DNA of 63,814 nucleotides, filler included, from Rhabdomonas costata (Eukaryota): NCBI GenBank assembly GCA_019059605.1. It is 57 parts of 57 records of this genome, joined end to end, with 100 filler letters (N's around TTAATTAATTAA, not from the genome) between each part and the next. Parts side by side here need not be neighbours in the genome. Positions count along the whole stretch, not along the records: positions 51,585 to 52,605 come from JAHMHO010033075.1; positions 52,706 to 53,726 come from JAHMHO010033076.1; positions 53,827 to 54,847 come from JAHMHO010033077.1; positions 54,948 to 55,968 come from JAHMHO010033078.1; positions 56,069 to 57,089 come from JAHMHO010033079.1; positions 57,190 to 58,210 come from JAHMHO010033080.1; positions 58,311 to 59,331 come from JAHMHO010033081.1; positions 59,432 to 60,452 come from JAHMHO010033082.1; 49 more parts are not named here. One strand, 5' to 3'. Shown piece by piece: positions 51,485 to 63,814 of this stretch (position 1 is its first letter; each line of letters starts with the position of its first letter). The notes under the pieces were generated by a model. It saw only the letters and a program-made list of their open reading frames with translations, ran no database searches and was not told where the DNA came from. The position numbers and the translations under genes were made by a program.

Positions 51485-52381
51485 NNNNNNNNNNNNNNNN
51501 NNNNNNNNNNNNNNNNNNNNNNNNNNNNTTAATTAATTAANNNNNNNNNNNNNNNNNNNNNNNNNNNNNNNNNNNNNNNNNNNNTGTTTTTTTGTGTGTG
51601 TGGATGATTGGGTGGGTGCGTGGGTAACTATGTACGCTTTGATGTGCTGTACTGGTGCTGCTTTTCAATGGTAGTATCCATTGTCAAGGGATCCCGCCGT
51701 CACGCACCCGCCGGAGAATATTGCGGACAAATAAAAAAGAGGAAGAGATGATGAGGGATGCGGGAGCACCAGAAACTGGGTGCTGTAACGGCGCCTGCCA
51801 GCTTGCGCCCACGGTGTTTTAAACACCTCAACGCGGAAGAATTTGGCAATAAACCTGCCAGAAGAGGTGGAAAGGCAAGAAAACATCAGGCAGGAGAAAT
51901 CTGCATTGGCTCCTAGCTGAAAGAAGCCGAATCCATCCACTCAGCCAGACCCTCTTGCCAGACCCTTTCACGAAAGTTATTTTGCCTCTACCTTAAGGCT
52001 GAGCAAGAGATATTGTGATCGCCGACGAAACTGTCGTTTACATTCCCTGCATCAAGGCAAGCGGAAAATTTTGGCCGGGCCAGCCCCCTCCGGCGAATTT
52101 TTTCTCAAAAACGCTAAAAATCGTGTTTTGGGGGTATAAAACGAAGTAGACTTCGAGTCCAGCTCGGAAAAAGTGACCTATCCCCCCATTTTTGGGGTTG
52201 GGGAACACGAAGCGCACGGTTTGGAGCTTCGAATCGACCACTTTGACCCTACATGGGCCGATTTTTGACCGAAAATTGGCCTTTTTGGCCTACCTCGCTG
52301 TTACCCGAAAACGCGTTTTTGCCGTTTGAAGTTTTGAGCCGTTTTTGAAGCTATAGTGGTGCGGTTTGCCCCTTAACTGAT

Positions 52382-52495
52382 GCGTACGGCCATACTATGG
52401 GGAAAACGCCTGAACCCGTCTGATTTCAGAAGGTAATCCTCATCAGGCCTAGTAAGTACTGGGCGACCACCTGGGAACGGTGGGTGCTGTACGCT
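52382..52495 (+). rRNA. 5S rRNA (euglenid type), probably a pseudogene with a 5-nt deletion; followed by TTTTT Pol III terminator
   Basis: GCGTACGGCCATACT...CCTGAACCCG...GATTTCAGAAG...GGCGACCAC.TGGGAAC...GGGTGCTGTACGC; terminal helix GCGTAC/GTACGC; about 114 nt. Confidence 0.9.
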
Positions 52496-53091
52496 TTTTA
52501 GTACCCCGTTCCCCATCTCCGCCAAATCTGCCGCCCTCATGATTGGTTCAAGGAACTTTTTCTTTGAGTTCTGCTTCCTGATACTTGAATTGTCCCCCAC
52601 CACACNNNNNNNNNNNNNNNNNNNNNNNNNNNNNNNNNNNNNNNNNNNNTTAATTAATTAANNNNNNNNNNNNNNNNNNNNNNNNNNNNNNNNNNNNNNN
52701 NNNNNTTTGTTGTTTAGTCACTCATACGCATGGTCAAGACACAGAGTGTGGGTTCGAGGGGGTGGTGATAGTGCATTAATGCCCCCCCACCCCCAAAAAG
52801 TTGGGTGGGCTCGGTAGGGTAATATGTAAATTAGTGACCAGTGCTTTTCTGGGCCCCTTCCTGAGAATAGAGGTGTAAAATTCTTGATGAGGATTCCAAT
52901 AGAAGATTTTACATTGGTTAGGTTTGCGATGCACGTGCTCTATGGGACTTCCCAGAATGTCTTGGGCCGCGGTTCTTGGTGCTTTTCGTTCGACGGAGAA
53001 TAATGTGCAGGCTGGAGCGCTTGCCCCATTTGTCCCTGAGCGAAAGGGATGCATTACACATGTGAGGATATTTGTGATGCGCACTCGCCCA

Positions 53092-53575
53092 GGGGAGATT
53101 GTGCTGGCCTGTGAGGCCATGGAAAGCCTGAAGTCCCCGCTGCTGGGGCTGCGGTCCCGCATTCTGGAGCTGGGGCTGCAGCTTCGCACCGCCGAAAACA
53201 AGGCAGACACACCGTTGCCCTCATCCCCTGGCTTGCCTTGTTACGTTTGGTTCGGGCACTGGCTCCCAGGCTCCCAGAGGCAATGGAGCCGTGGCACCAG
53301 CATCCATTTTCCTCACTCAAGAATTCCCGCCACCCTGTCTGCCGTCGATAACCTCCTCTTTTTTCGGTCACTGTCACTCTCTCCAAATTCCGTTTCGATT
53401 CACCATCTCTCTCTGCTTCACAGGTTGAGCTTGGGTCGCAAACCCAAACCGAGCTGCAGGCGCTATGTACCACGCTGCAGGTGAAGAACCAGGAGCTTGT
53501 CACCCAAATTACCGTCCTTCAGGGCCAGGCCGACGCCACATTGGTGCACCACCGCTCCGCTCTTGAGGCCCTGAG
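53092..53575 (+). CDS. Coiled-coil protein, two exons
   Basis: LRSRILELGLQLRTAENK / VELGSQTQTELQALCTTLQVKNQELVTQITVLQ. Confidence 0.5.
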
Positions 53576-56500
53576 GTTCAGCCTGCCTCGTTTTCACCAC
53601 AACTGCCCTGCATCCAACTGAGAGAGCCTTTTTTCTCTACTCAGTGCTACTAGAACTTGAGCTCTTCTCCCGGTTGCACTGACCATTTTTTGACACTCCT
53701 GGACCATGTTTGCTGTGGCCACTTTCNNNNNNNNNNNNNNNNNNNNNNNNNNNNNNNNNNNNNNNNNNNNTTAATTAATTAANNNNNNNNNNNNNNNNNN
53801 NNNNNNNNNNNNNNNNNNNNNNNNNNGTGGTTTGTTGGGGAGCAAAAAGTCCAGAAGGAGTACCTCCACCTCGAGTACCATGGAAAGCGAGGAGGGTGCC
53901 GGGGCCTCGGTTACTAGCCCGGAGGGGGCGCGGAGGCATAGCAGGGCGCTGGTATTCAAGCGGAAGCTGGGGTGCACCTCCGGCAAGGGGCCAGAGATAA
54001 GAACAGCTTCAGCCCCGTCTGCAGAACGTGCACAGCAATACGAACAAACAAGCGCAGTGCACACGCCGTTCAACCAAAAATTTCGACAAAAGGTCAAATT
54101 GTCCAGTGCCAATATATCCCATTGCACTGTGCCCATAGATAGCCCAGCAATCATGGGCTCATAAACCTTCTAAAGAGAGAGTTCCCTCAAATGAGACGCA
54201 GAAAGCCACCGATAAAAAGCAAAGCCACATGTTTATGTTTACGCAGACGAGCTAAGAGACACCTGCATCCTCCAATGAGCCTGACCCAGGGCAGGCCAAC
54301 ACCGCATCTGAAGTGGCCCACTCCACCCCACCGGATAGCGACACAGAAGAGTCCTGGCGTACTGCAGAGAGGTTCAGGCCCAAGGCAGGGCTATTGGCGT
54401 ACAAGCTGAGGGCACGGTATTCTGGCTTCCCCAGCAAAAGTGCCCACAGCGCAGTGTTCATGCAATACTTCTCGAGCTGAGCACCCACCACACAACAGAG
54501 GTACTGACTCAACGCACAACAGGTGGAAAAGGCAACAGCAATTGTTACAAGGAATGTAGTCCAAAATTGCCACCACAAGAAAAGGGGAAAGCACTCTGCC
54601 GTTAAGGGACGTACAGCGCAAACAAACTCACACACATATACAAAAGGATATGTGGCATCTGTGTCTACATCCATTGAACTTACTACCTTTCGTGTCATTG
54701 AGTTCAACTATCGGCCATCTCATCAAATTCCATAGGAAACCAAACAACGTCGGGAAAACCTCTCCAGCGGCACGCATAAAACCAAAGCACACAGGAAACA
54801 GCACTTAACACAACGCATACGTGCAGTACATATGTAAACACAACCCCNNNNNNNNNNNNNNNNNNNNNNNNNNNNNNNNNNNNNNNNNNNNTTAATTAAT
54901 TAANNNNNNNNNNNNNNNNNNNNNNNNNNNNNNNNNNNNNNNNNNNNCCCAAAAAAAAATCTGGAAGGTTAATCGTGGCACTCACATTTCCCGTTTCAGA
55001 CAGGTGCTCGAGAGAATTTTGGGAACCAAAGCTGACAGGTGCACCACGCCAATTCTTCTCTTTCTCTGGTGACGCAAGTAATTCACACCTGACAAAAGGA
55101 TTACAGTGAATGAAGAAGAAGACATTTTGTGGCCTTGGTAAGGCACAGAAATGGTTCTCCCGAAAGATTTTCGCTATCAACAGCCAACGCTTCTTGAAAA
55201 CTAAAGAACCCGGGGGTTGCAGAAGTCCCGGGCACAAGCACAGAATTTGTGTGAGAGAGTGAGTGAGGACAGAGCCAGACGCCCGTTGAGGGATGGCCCT
55301 GCGACTTTTTCGGTGAAGATTGGGGTGCATGGGATCCTGGGACCCATGGGACACAAAGCAGAGGGTAAAGTACAGGTCCTCTCTAGGCTCCACCAGACCT
55401 CCGATGACGCGGAAGGTATATACCGACAGAGGTCACGCGAAGCACGAGAGAGGGAGGGCAAATAAACAATATACTACCGGTGGACCAAGCATCACTAGAA
55501 ATGATGCAGAAACGCCCTCCCACCGATAAGAAAGACGCAACGCTCGATCCTTTTGCCATTCCCTGGGAGTGCTCGGTTTGAAAACCACCACCAGCTCCGC
55601 CCAGCAACCATCACCTTCGTGAGCTCAGTTGAACACCTGTCGCATCACTTCTGAGCACGCGCGGGCGCAAGACAGGGAAAACACACTAAACATGGAAATC
55701 AAAGCGTGCTCTTCCTAACCGCAAGGAACTTCCGAGTACTTCGCACAGCAATTCGATTCGCCTCATGAAAACAACGTCTTCCAACCGAAAGGGTCAGCCT
55801 CAAAAACCGCCTGCTACAGGATGGTTTCTAGCCACCTGAACATACAAGTGCACACTTTTGTGCACTGGTAAGGGTGACATTTTTCTGGGGAGGACTCGAG
55901 GTCCACTTCCCCCCTGGGCTTCCAATTTTTCACGGGGCATGGGCTCATCGCGCCTCACACCCTTGTCCNNNNNNNNNNNNNNNNNNNNNNNNNNNNNNNN
56001 NNNNNNNNNNNNTTAATTAATTAANNNNNNNNNNNNNNNNNNNNNNNNNNNNNNNNNNNNNNNNNNNNGTGTTGTGGTGCATGATGGGATTTCCTGGACC
56101 TACCGCAGGTGCCCTTCACCCCTACTCCGCATGACCCTCCATTGCATTACGGACGGTCAAAGGTCCTCCAGATGGAACCACCCCACAAACGAAAGGTGAG
56201 ACAGGCAGAAAAATTATTTGTGTCACGGCAGCAATGCAGGCAACGGTACATTGCTGGAACACACATGAACGGGAGGGGGCACCAGGAAAAAACAGAAGGA
56301 GGAAATGAGACAGGGAACTGGGTTGCAGGGCAACAGGCACACAGACGATTCAAAGTCAGCATTCGAGCAAAACCAGAAAGGAAAAGTAGTCTGGTTTAGA
56401 GTGAGGTGGGCGTAACGGGGGTGAGACCTCGGAGTGGGAGAGCAGCGGAAGAGGATGATAATTGTATTATATAATGTACCAAAACTGACACTCCATTCCG

Positions 56501-58312
56501 AGCTCTGCGAGCATAAGGATGACGTCGTGTATAGCAACTGCGAATACGGCTGGAATCCATGAAGAACTCCGGACCTAAGAGGGCGGTCGGGTGGTCGATT
56601 CGGGTGGTGGAGGCCTTTTGCGGCCAAGCCGTGAAGGGTTTCTCCCAACTCAACTGAGGAAACGCGGCAATTTATTAATTGAACTGAACGAAGAGGGGAA
56701 AGGGAACAGCCTACACAGCCCGAATCTAAGTGACCTGTAATGCGAGGTGAAATCGGAAGCTGAAAAAACCTCCCTTTGTGTTGATGCTTGTCGCAAAGTA
56801 GCCTAGCGCGCGTTGAATTAAGGCGTTTAACCCGCGAGGAAACCATCCCATTGAAACCAAAAGGAAAAAGGGCATCACCACACATGTTACATGTTCAGGT
56901 AAGCCAAGTGACATGAGCTTGAAGGCGTCAGTCACCAGGTCTGTGCAATGACGCCGTCCCTCCGTCCTTTCTGAGCCACTCAAGCGTAGGTATTGAGCGC
57001 GCAAGATGGCGTGTGTAATGGTTACTCCGAAAGTACCCGAAAGTTCAGTTTGTCTTGGTTTTTTTGGAGCGAAAGAGTTCCCAACAAACNNNNNNNNNNN
57101 NNNNNNNNNNNNNNNNNNNNNNNNNNNNNNNNNTTAATTAATTAANNNNNNNNNNNNNNNNNNNNNNNNNNNNNNNNNNNNNNNNNNNNGCGTTTTTTGG
57201 CACCACCGACCTCAAAAACATAAATGAGGGTCGATTTCCTGGAGTTTAAATTCTCAACCTGGAGACCACATTTTCGTCCTGTGTCGGTGGACTTCGGTGG
57301 TTGTTGTTGTAGTTCTGGAAAACTTGTCATTTTGGCTCAAAAAGCGACCGTTCCACCAGGTGACCACCCTGGAGGAACAGGAGCGACATCGAGCGTAGCG
57401 AGAGGAGCGAGTTTGACATGTGAACATGATTACGAACGAGCGCCGCGAGTGGTGAGAACGAACCGTATACGTGATCGATAGAAAGGTGAGAAGTGGAAGC
57501 GCGTAGCCGTGGAGTCGCGTACGAACCCGTATACTACACTATCTATCTACTTTTGTTTCGGGAACAGGTAGAAATCGAGAAATGGAACCCAACTCGGGAT
57601 CAGTCAAAAGTGAACCTAATCCGCCTAGTCGATGTCGCAACGGAAACGCCCAACCACGGCGATGCCCGTCACCACCATGACCCCCCACTCCAAAGACTAT
57701 TCCGGCCTTCCCCTCGAAATCCTGTCTGCGCAATGCGCCTGTTCTTTTTTGGTTTCAGTTTTGTCGAGCCGTACGCGAACACGCCAAACCACGCGGGGGC
57801 CTGAAAGGGTTGATTTCCACAGCTCAAAGCACACTACCACGATCCGCCCAGCACCAATGTTTCGGGAAGCAACAATGCCCGATGGGACAACACCCTCCGC
57901 TAATCTTTTAGGCGCTTTGTTTTATGATCACAAAAAACCCACTATGCCCAAGCTAAATAGCTTTGGCGGCCAATCATTGGAACACCGAAGCCTTGTTTTC
58001 CACGACGACTTGGTTGGAAGGAAATATTTGCATTGCAACGAGAATAACGGCAGGACGCAAATCGCAAATGAACTTAAACCACCTCGCCACCGCATTCGCT
58101 TGGGGGCTATGATGCCACCGGCTTTTCCGCGCGCTCCTTCCTCACGCCGCGCAGCGTCGAGGGTCAGGGCACGTGTCGCAGTGTGCTTGCAGTCTCTGGA
58201 CCAACACCCCNNNNNNNNNNNNNNNNNNNNNNNNNNNNNNNNNNNNNNNNNNNNTTAATTAATTAANNNNNNNNNNNNNNNNNNNNNNNNNNNNNNNNNN
58301 NNNNNNNNNNTT

Positions 58313-58437
58313 GTGGTCCAGGCCGTCCTGCAGCGCGGCCTGGACCACAGCCAGGCGCTTGCTGTACTGGTGCTGGTGCTGCTGCTGGCGCACCGTGAGG
58401 TACTCAATTTGCTCCTCCAGGAGTCGCACTCGGTGCT
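58313..58437 (-). CDS. Coiled-coil protein exon
   Basis: HRVRLLEEQIEYLTVRQQQHQHQYSKRLAVVQAALQDGLD; CTGCAG acceptor. Confidence 0.5.
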
Positions 58438-61400
58438 GCAGAGGCGCAAAGCAGTGGAATCTTGACACTGAGGATTTTAACACTGGAACATTGGAACTAT
58501 ACTTGGCATGCATTTTCAGGAGAGATAGGTTAGTGTGTGGGAAGGAGCAAGGCGCACCTTTCCACCACTTTCCAATTTCCCCTTCCCTCTCGTAATATTC
58601 TACTCCAGTCAAGTGGCTTTCACTTGCGGCTGCAAGAAAAGGGGAGGAAACAGCAAGCTATTGAGCGAAATTCAAGGTGTCGTCCTCGCATAATTTAGGA
58701 GGCATAGGGGGGGGGGGCAGCAGATGTGCTCGAGGTGTTACTCATTTTTGTTGAAATGCGAAAAACTGAAATACTATCAGACCTTGTGAAACTCGCAGAC
58801 GCATAAACGCAAGTAAAAGCAGAAGCTAAAAATGCAAATAAGCAAAAAAAAATGGGACTGCGAGACACTGACGGCAGAAGCAGGTGTGCAATACAGATTG
58901 CTGGGAGGGGGGATGGTGCGGGATTTGATCGTTCACAGAAGGGGAGCAGCACACAAACCACAGAAAAGGAAAGAAAAGATCCAAAGGGACATCACAAGCC
59001 AATAATAACACTCACCTGGAACACCAACTTCTCTTCGGCGGTGCGAGCGTCCGGCTGATGCTCGCTGAAAGTTAAAATGGCAAATTAAAAACAAGCGAAA
59101 AAAAGAATTGTAGAGACAAATACACATACACCCAAACCATTAACGGGGGGTATCTCGCTAACAAAATCTCTGCAAGCGGACAATTTGTGTCACACCAGTG
59201 GCAACCTTTTACCTTTCCCTCTATCACTCATCCAGTGTCAAACCAACACACAAAATCTATTTAAAAAAGCCTAGAGGAACACACGAAAGCTAAAGGATCT
59301 CTTGCGTCATTTACAGCCGTCTGCACCACCANNNNNNNNNNNNNNNNNNNNNNNNNNNNNNNNNNNNNNNNNNNNTTAATTAATTAANNNNNNNNNNNNN
59401 NNNNNNNNNNNNNNNNNNNNNNNNNNNNNNNTGTGAGGGGTACAATGAAAGGGGTATAAAGTAGGGATTCTGACTGTCGACACAATGGCGCTGTAGGGCT
59501 GGTGTACGACAAAAACAGGACCAGAAGCACCCAACTTCACCCAATGTAGAGCTTGGGTGGACGCTGACTGCGCAGGGGCGGAGTAGAAAGTCTTCAACAG
59601 TCAGCAGGTTGCATTCAACAATTAATATGGTGGCTCTCTCTTTGGCCCTCTCTCAGTCGAGGACAATCTGGCGGTCCCCTTGGCCTCCAGCGGCAGCGGC
59701 CGGTTTCGCTTCCGCACCTCCCCAGTGGTGGTGGGGTCGGAGGTGACCTACGCCCCTCCTCTGCACTCCCGGGCCGCGCTGGGCTTACCTCAGGACTGGA
59801 GCTTGTTCGCTGCCCTGCACCACAGCCCCACCGCCACGGCCTCTTCCTCCTCCGAGGCCACTCCAGTGAAGGAGCAACCCCTCGAGGAAGAGGGAGACGC
59901 GGGGATAGCCGCGGCGGCGGGTTCTTCCAGCACGGACCTATTTGGTGCGACGCTTTTGCTCGATTCACGTGATTTCGGGTGTTGTTACCACACATGACAT
60001 CCTGCCATTGGTTTCACAACGCGTTTTCATCCCGCGCCAGATTTTGTTTCCTGGCAAAATTCACGGGTGTTTAAATCCCAAACTCTTTGCAGCATAAGTA
60101 GGATATTGCCACAATGGGGGCAAAAGGGAAAGAGGGTAAGTGAAAAAAAATTTCCCCCAACCACTGAGGAAGAAGGCTCCAACACATCACAGAAGATGCA
60201 GCATATAGGAGATCCAGGGGACACCTGCATCACCACCAAACCCCTGCAAAATCTTCTATTGGATTCCCGGGGGACTCCTGTTTCGCCTCCACGTGGGACT
60301 TGGGGGATATTTTTTCTTGGGTGTAATTTTTTTCCCTTAGTGGAAACGTTTTCACTTAGCGGGGAAAGGTGTTGTCTGGGCTTCTTTCTGGTCACCTCCA
60401 CCACAGTGGACGTGACCAGAAAGAAGCCCAGACAACACCTTTCCCCCCACAANNNNNNNNNNNNNNNNNNNNNNNNNNNNNNNNNNNNNNNNNNNNTTAA
60501 TTAATTAANNNNNNNNNNNNNNNNNNNNNNNNNNNNNNNNNNNNNNNNNNNNGGGGTGGTGGTGTGGGTTACAGTGCTGCGTGTGATGGTGTTCGCCTGT
60601 GTCTTTGTTTTGGTTGTGAGCGAATTCTTCTCTCACTAGAGTCATCATGCCGTGATACGGCAGTTTTGCACCCTTTTTTTTGGAGCATTCCTTGGGCACA
60701 CAGAAAGAAACAATAACATAGGCGGAGGAAATCTTGCTCTCGCTGCGTGAGGCAGTGCTGAGGCTGGATGCCCCAGTGCAGAGCTACAACCTTGGGCTTA
60801 CTCACGATGGCACCCGATGGGTGGTTCAGGTGTGTTTTTGCATTTCAGATGAACGATTACAATTCAGTTGTTACCGCGTGGCTCTTGACCCATTTGCGAA
60901 GCTGTCAGTGGGCTTGGGGTTTGCTTTTCCAGGTGTGAACTTTTCGTGACCTTTTCTGCGACTACCGGGCTGTTGTGTGTTCGGTTTGTGAAGGAGGCTT
61001 CAATGGGTTAATATTTGTTTATGAATGACCACTGGATAGTAGCTAATCCAGTAAGACATATTTGTTTTGAAATGGGGAAAATGGGATGGGATCGGGTGAG
61101 TTTCGAAGGGTGGGGGGTTACGGTTGAAGTTTCAGCCCAAGGCCCCGAAAGCGACGGCGACGAAGATTCCCCCGGAGCCGTCCGCACCCGAAGAAGCCCC
61201 TCTGGTCCTGCAGCCCTTTGGGCTGGAGGCCGTGGATGTGCAGGTCGTGGTGACCGCAGGCCGCTTCGAGGTGTGTACTTGCACCTCAGGTGGATCACCA
61301 CCTCTTTTTCTTCTTTGATCACCGGCGCTACCACCCCTTTTCCCGTGCTCGCCATCTCTATCTCAGCAGCACAGGCACACTCTACACAGCTCTACTTCAG

Positions 61401-62060
61401 GTCGCTAGAATGGGGGATGGCTCCTCTAATTGCGACTCTATGGTAACACTGTTTTTCACCTGAATTGTTTGGATGCTGGCTGTACGGCTGCGGCAGCACT
61501 GAACACCGCAGTGCTTTCAGTAGTGTACTTTATGATCCGTGCTTCAAGTGTGGGGTTCCCGTTCAGCCAGCATNNNNNNNNNNNNNNNNNNNNNNNNNNN
61601 NNNNNNNNNNNNNNNNNTTAATTAATTAANNNNNNNNNNNNNNNNNNNNNNNNNNNNNNNNNNNNNNNNNNNNGGTGGGTGGTGAAAGATTTAGCGGGGC
61701 TCGGAATTGTCTTTTGGAGTTTGGCGAACGAGAGGGACGGGGAAACTCCGTAAATCGGTGCCCTTTTTCGGTTAGTAAGCTAGGCGTGTGGGCTGGTATG
61801 TTTGCGCGCGCAATAGCGAGTAAGGGAGGGGGGGGTTAATGCTCGAGTCGTGCTTTATGACATTCCCCAAACCCGGTGGCGGTGGGTATAACTGGTTCCT
61901 CGCTTTTGCGATGTGTGGTGCCTTTTGTGTTGTCGCATCATTGTGCATTATCCCTCTGATGCGTGTTGTCCCCTTACCTTACCTTTGTTTTCGATAGGCC
62001 TCTAATCTGCACTTTCATGGCGACTTTGCTTTCCCTTGCTTTCCCCGTGCACTCTCTCAG

Positions 62061-62668
62061 GAGCACGCGGTGAACTGGGTCATCTCGTCAGCGCCATACC
62101 CCGAGCCCAAGTCCAGCCATGGTGTACAGATCGTGTGCCGGATTTGTGAAGCACTGGTCAACCCTCTCCCGCCATCCCATCCCAAGTCTCCTCGCAAGTG
62201 CACAAAGCTTGCCTTAGAAATTTTTGAAACGACTTTCTGCATTGACTTGACTTGTCGAGAGTTGTGTTTGTTTGTTCGCGTTTCTTTGTGCTTGTTCGAT
62301 GAAAAGTCGGAATGAGAACACACACGCACTCACGTGGAAGAGACCTAAGATCAAAGAAAAGCTGCCCCTTACCTAACCGACTGTCACCACCGGTTGCGGT
62401 AACCGCGTGAATGACACTGCGCACGACCGTTGCAAACATTGGCGTCCGCAAACCTGCTGGGTCGGGATCCAGACTTTTCGAGGTGTTCGGATCCCCGCGC
62501 TGAACTTTCAAAGCGACCGTTTGCAAAAAACAGGTTGAGGAGGACAAGCTGGAGGAGCACTCCTCGTTCTGCATCACCCGAACCAACAACGAGACGGTGT
62601 GCCGGCACTGCGACGACGTCATCCAGCGCCGTGCCCGCAGCATCGCTGCGGCAATCCCGAAGCTGACC
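62061..62668 (+). CDS. C2HC zinc finger of the IRE/Rim15/MAST-like AGC kinase N-terminus, exons 62061-62156 and 62534 to about 62668
   Basis: Spliced IVCRICEAL|VEEDKLEEHSSFC matches ICRICEExVxxxxLEEHSxxC. Confidence 0.6.
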
Positions 62669-63814
62669 AACCCCACCCAACCACACCCAACACNNNNNNN
62701 NNNNNNNNNNNNNNNNNNNNNNNNNNNNNNNNNNNNNTTAATTAATTAANNNNNNNNNNNNNNNNNNNNNNNNNNNNNNNNNNNNNNNNNNNNGTGGGGT
62801 TTGTTCTTTTCAGATGTGATCCCCCCAGACTCGGAAACCCAAGGCTGGACGACCGCGTTGATTGAAGCCCCTTTCACTAGGCCTTTCTCTGCTCGCACGG
62901 CTTCAACTGGTGGACTTCCTGGAGGGAAACTTGTGCGAATTCAGGATAGTTTTTGCCGGAAAGCTGAAAAGTGTGGAACCCTGGTGAGAGTGGGGCCCCC
63001 CTTTTTTCTGAGGTTGGAGCTCTGGGCATGTTCACTTTTAGCCACCCATGTTGCTTTATGATTCCCGTCCGCCCGCTCGGCACTTGGCCGGGCTTTGGAC
63101 GCTGCCTGTTGTGCCACCATCTTCTTTCTTGGACCCACTCGCACACCAACATCTACCTACCTGAACCATCTCCCCTGCCGCACACAGCGAAGCGAGTTAG
63201 CGGGGTGTGTGTGGGAGGGAGAGACAGAGGGATGAGCGTACATACAAAAAGTCATCAGTCCTGCGCGTTTTCGATCTGACAAGGATGAGATCTGACAAGA
63301 ATGGGCTTTGGAAATTCCCTGTGAATTTTTTGGTAATTGCTCCTTTTTCTTCTCTCTCTGTCTCCTGCTCTATTTCTGCGATTGCCCCGCTGTTCCACTT
63401 CACGCTTGTGATGTGCGGCGAACGTGCCGCTGTGATTTGTGTTTTCCTGACCCACAAAAGAGGAGCCTGCTCTTTTCCGGGCAACCGCTCAAAGCGCGAC
63501 AAGCGTGACGTCAATACTGGGCATCAACTGGGTAGATTTGAACACAAACAAAGCATGTCGTATATATAATGCACGGTGTTTTTTGAGTTCGGGGTTGCAG
63601 GAATGGTAGCCGCACCCTTGTCTCCAACTAGACTGTCTGTACGCAGCCAAACGCACGTTGAGTGCTGCGCTCTCTCAAATATCCCTGCGACGACGAACTC
63701 TGCCGTCTGGCGCCACAAAAAAACAACCTCGAAACGTAGGCAATCACCACATCCAAACAGCAAGACGAAACCGGGCATTAAATAGGGCCTCCTGAACCGG
63801 TGATAAACACCCAC

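Noticed and set aside
53200..53210. Possible GC-AG donor (AAG|GCAGAC)
   Set aside because: An in-frame GT donor exists about 40 nt downstream; cannot be resolved without transcripts
60361..60446. 35-bp perfect inverted repeat; similar ones at 28049-28093 and 50310-50353
   Set aside because: All lie within a few bases of contig ends, and this one has a small hairpin seed in the loop; self-priming artefacts rather than hairpin telomeres or terminators
1022..62793. Regularly spaced TTAATTAATTAA 'repeats' with about 1 kb unique spacers (CRISPR-, cassette- or nanochromosome-like look)
   Set aside because: Embedded in N runs with fixed geometry; it is a concatenation linker. Any 'cluster' or multi-gene system across contigs is therefore unsupported

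Overview
This window is not a contiguous locus. It is a pseudo-scaffold of 57 unrelated contigs of about 1020-1022 bp, joined by 56 identical 100-nt linkers (44 N + TTAATTAATTAA + 44 N, with stops in all six frames), so gene order across linkers has no biological meaning. The DNA is eukaryotic and intron-rich, with short GC3-rich exons and GT-AG introns with weak donors. A Euglena-type 5S rRNA and a kinetoplastid-like STE11 kinase motif suggest a euglenozoan, probably a euglenid. Most contig ends carry G/T-only (or C/A-only) tails resembling the GenomePlex/PicoPLEX WGA primer, and several end in fold-back hairpins, which points to single-cell or low-input amplified DNA. Recognisable gene fragments include ornithine aminotransferase, AROM-type shikimate dehydrogenase, choline/ethanolamine kinase, DYRK, STE11 and IRE/Rim15-like kinases, a transcription cyclin, DHHC, USP, COG2, an insulysin-like peptidase, a prokaryote/ACL5-type aminopropyltransferase, hemerythrin, sushi, mucin-like and ART-like pieces. 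The most interesting items are an intron-containing Bt Cry/PirB-like delta-endotoxin domain I gene, a Merlin/IS1595-like transposase with subterminal repeats, an HxD oxygenase-like protein of an uncharacterised family, a 5S copy with a 5-nt deletion, and one contig with a RIP-like dinucleotide signature. All calls come from visual motif recognition; no searches were run.
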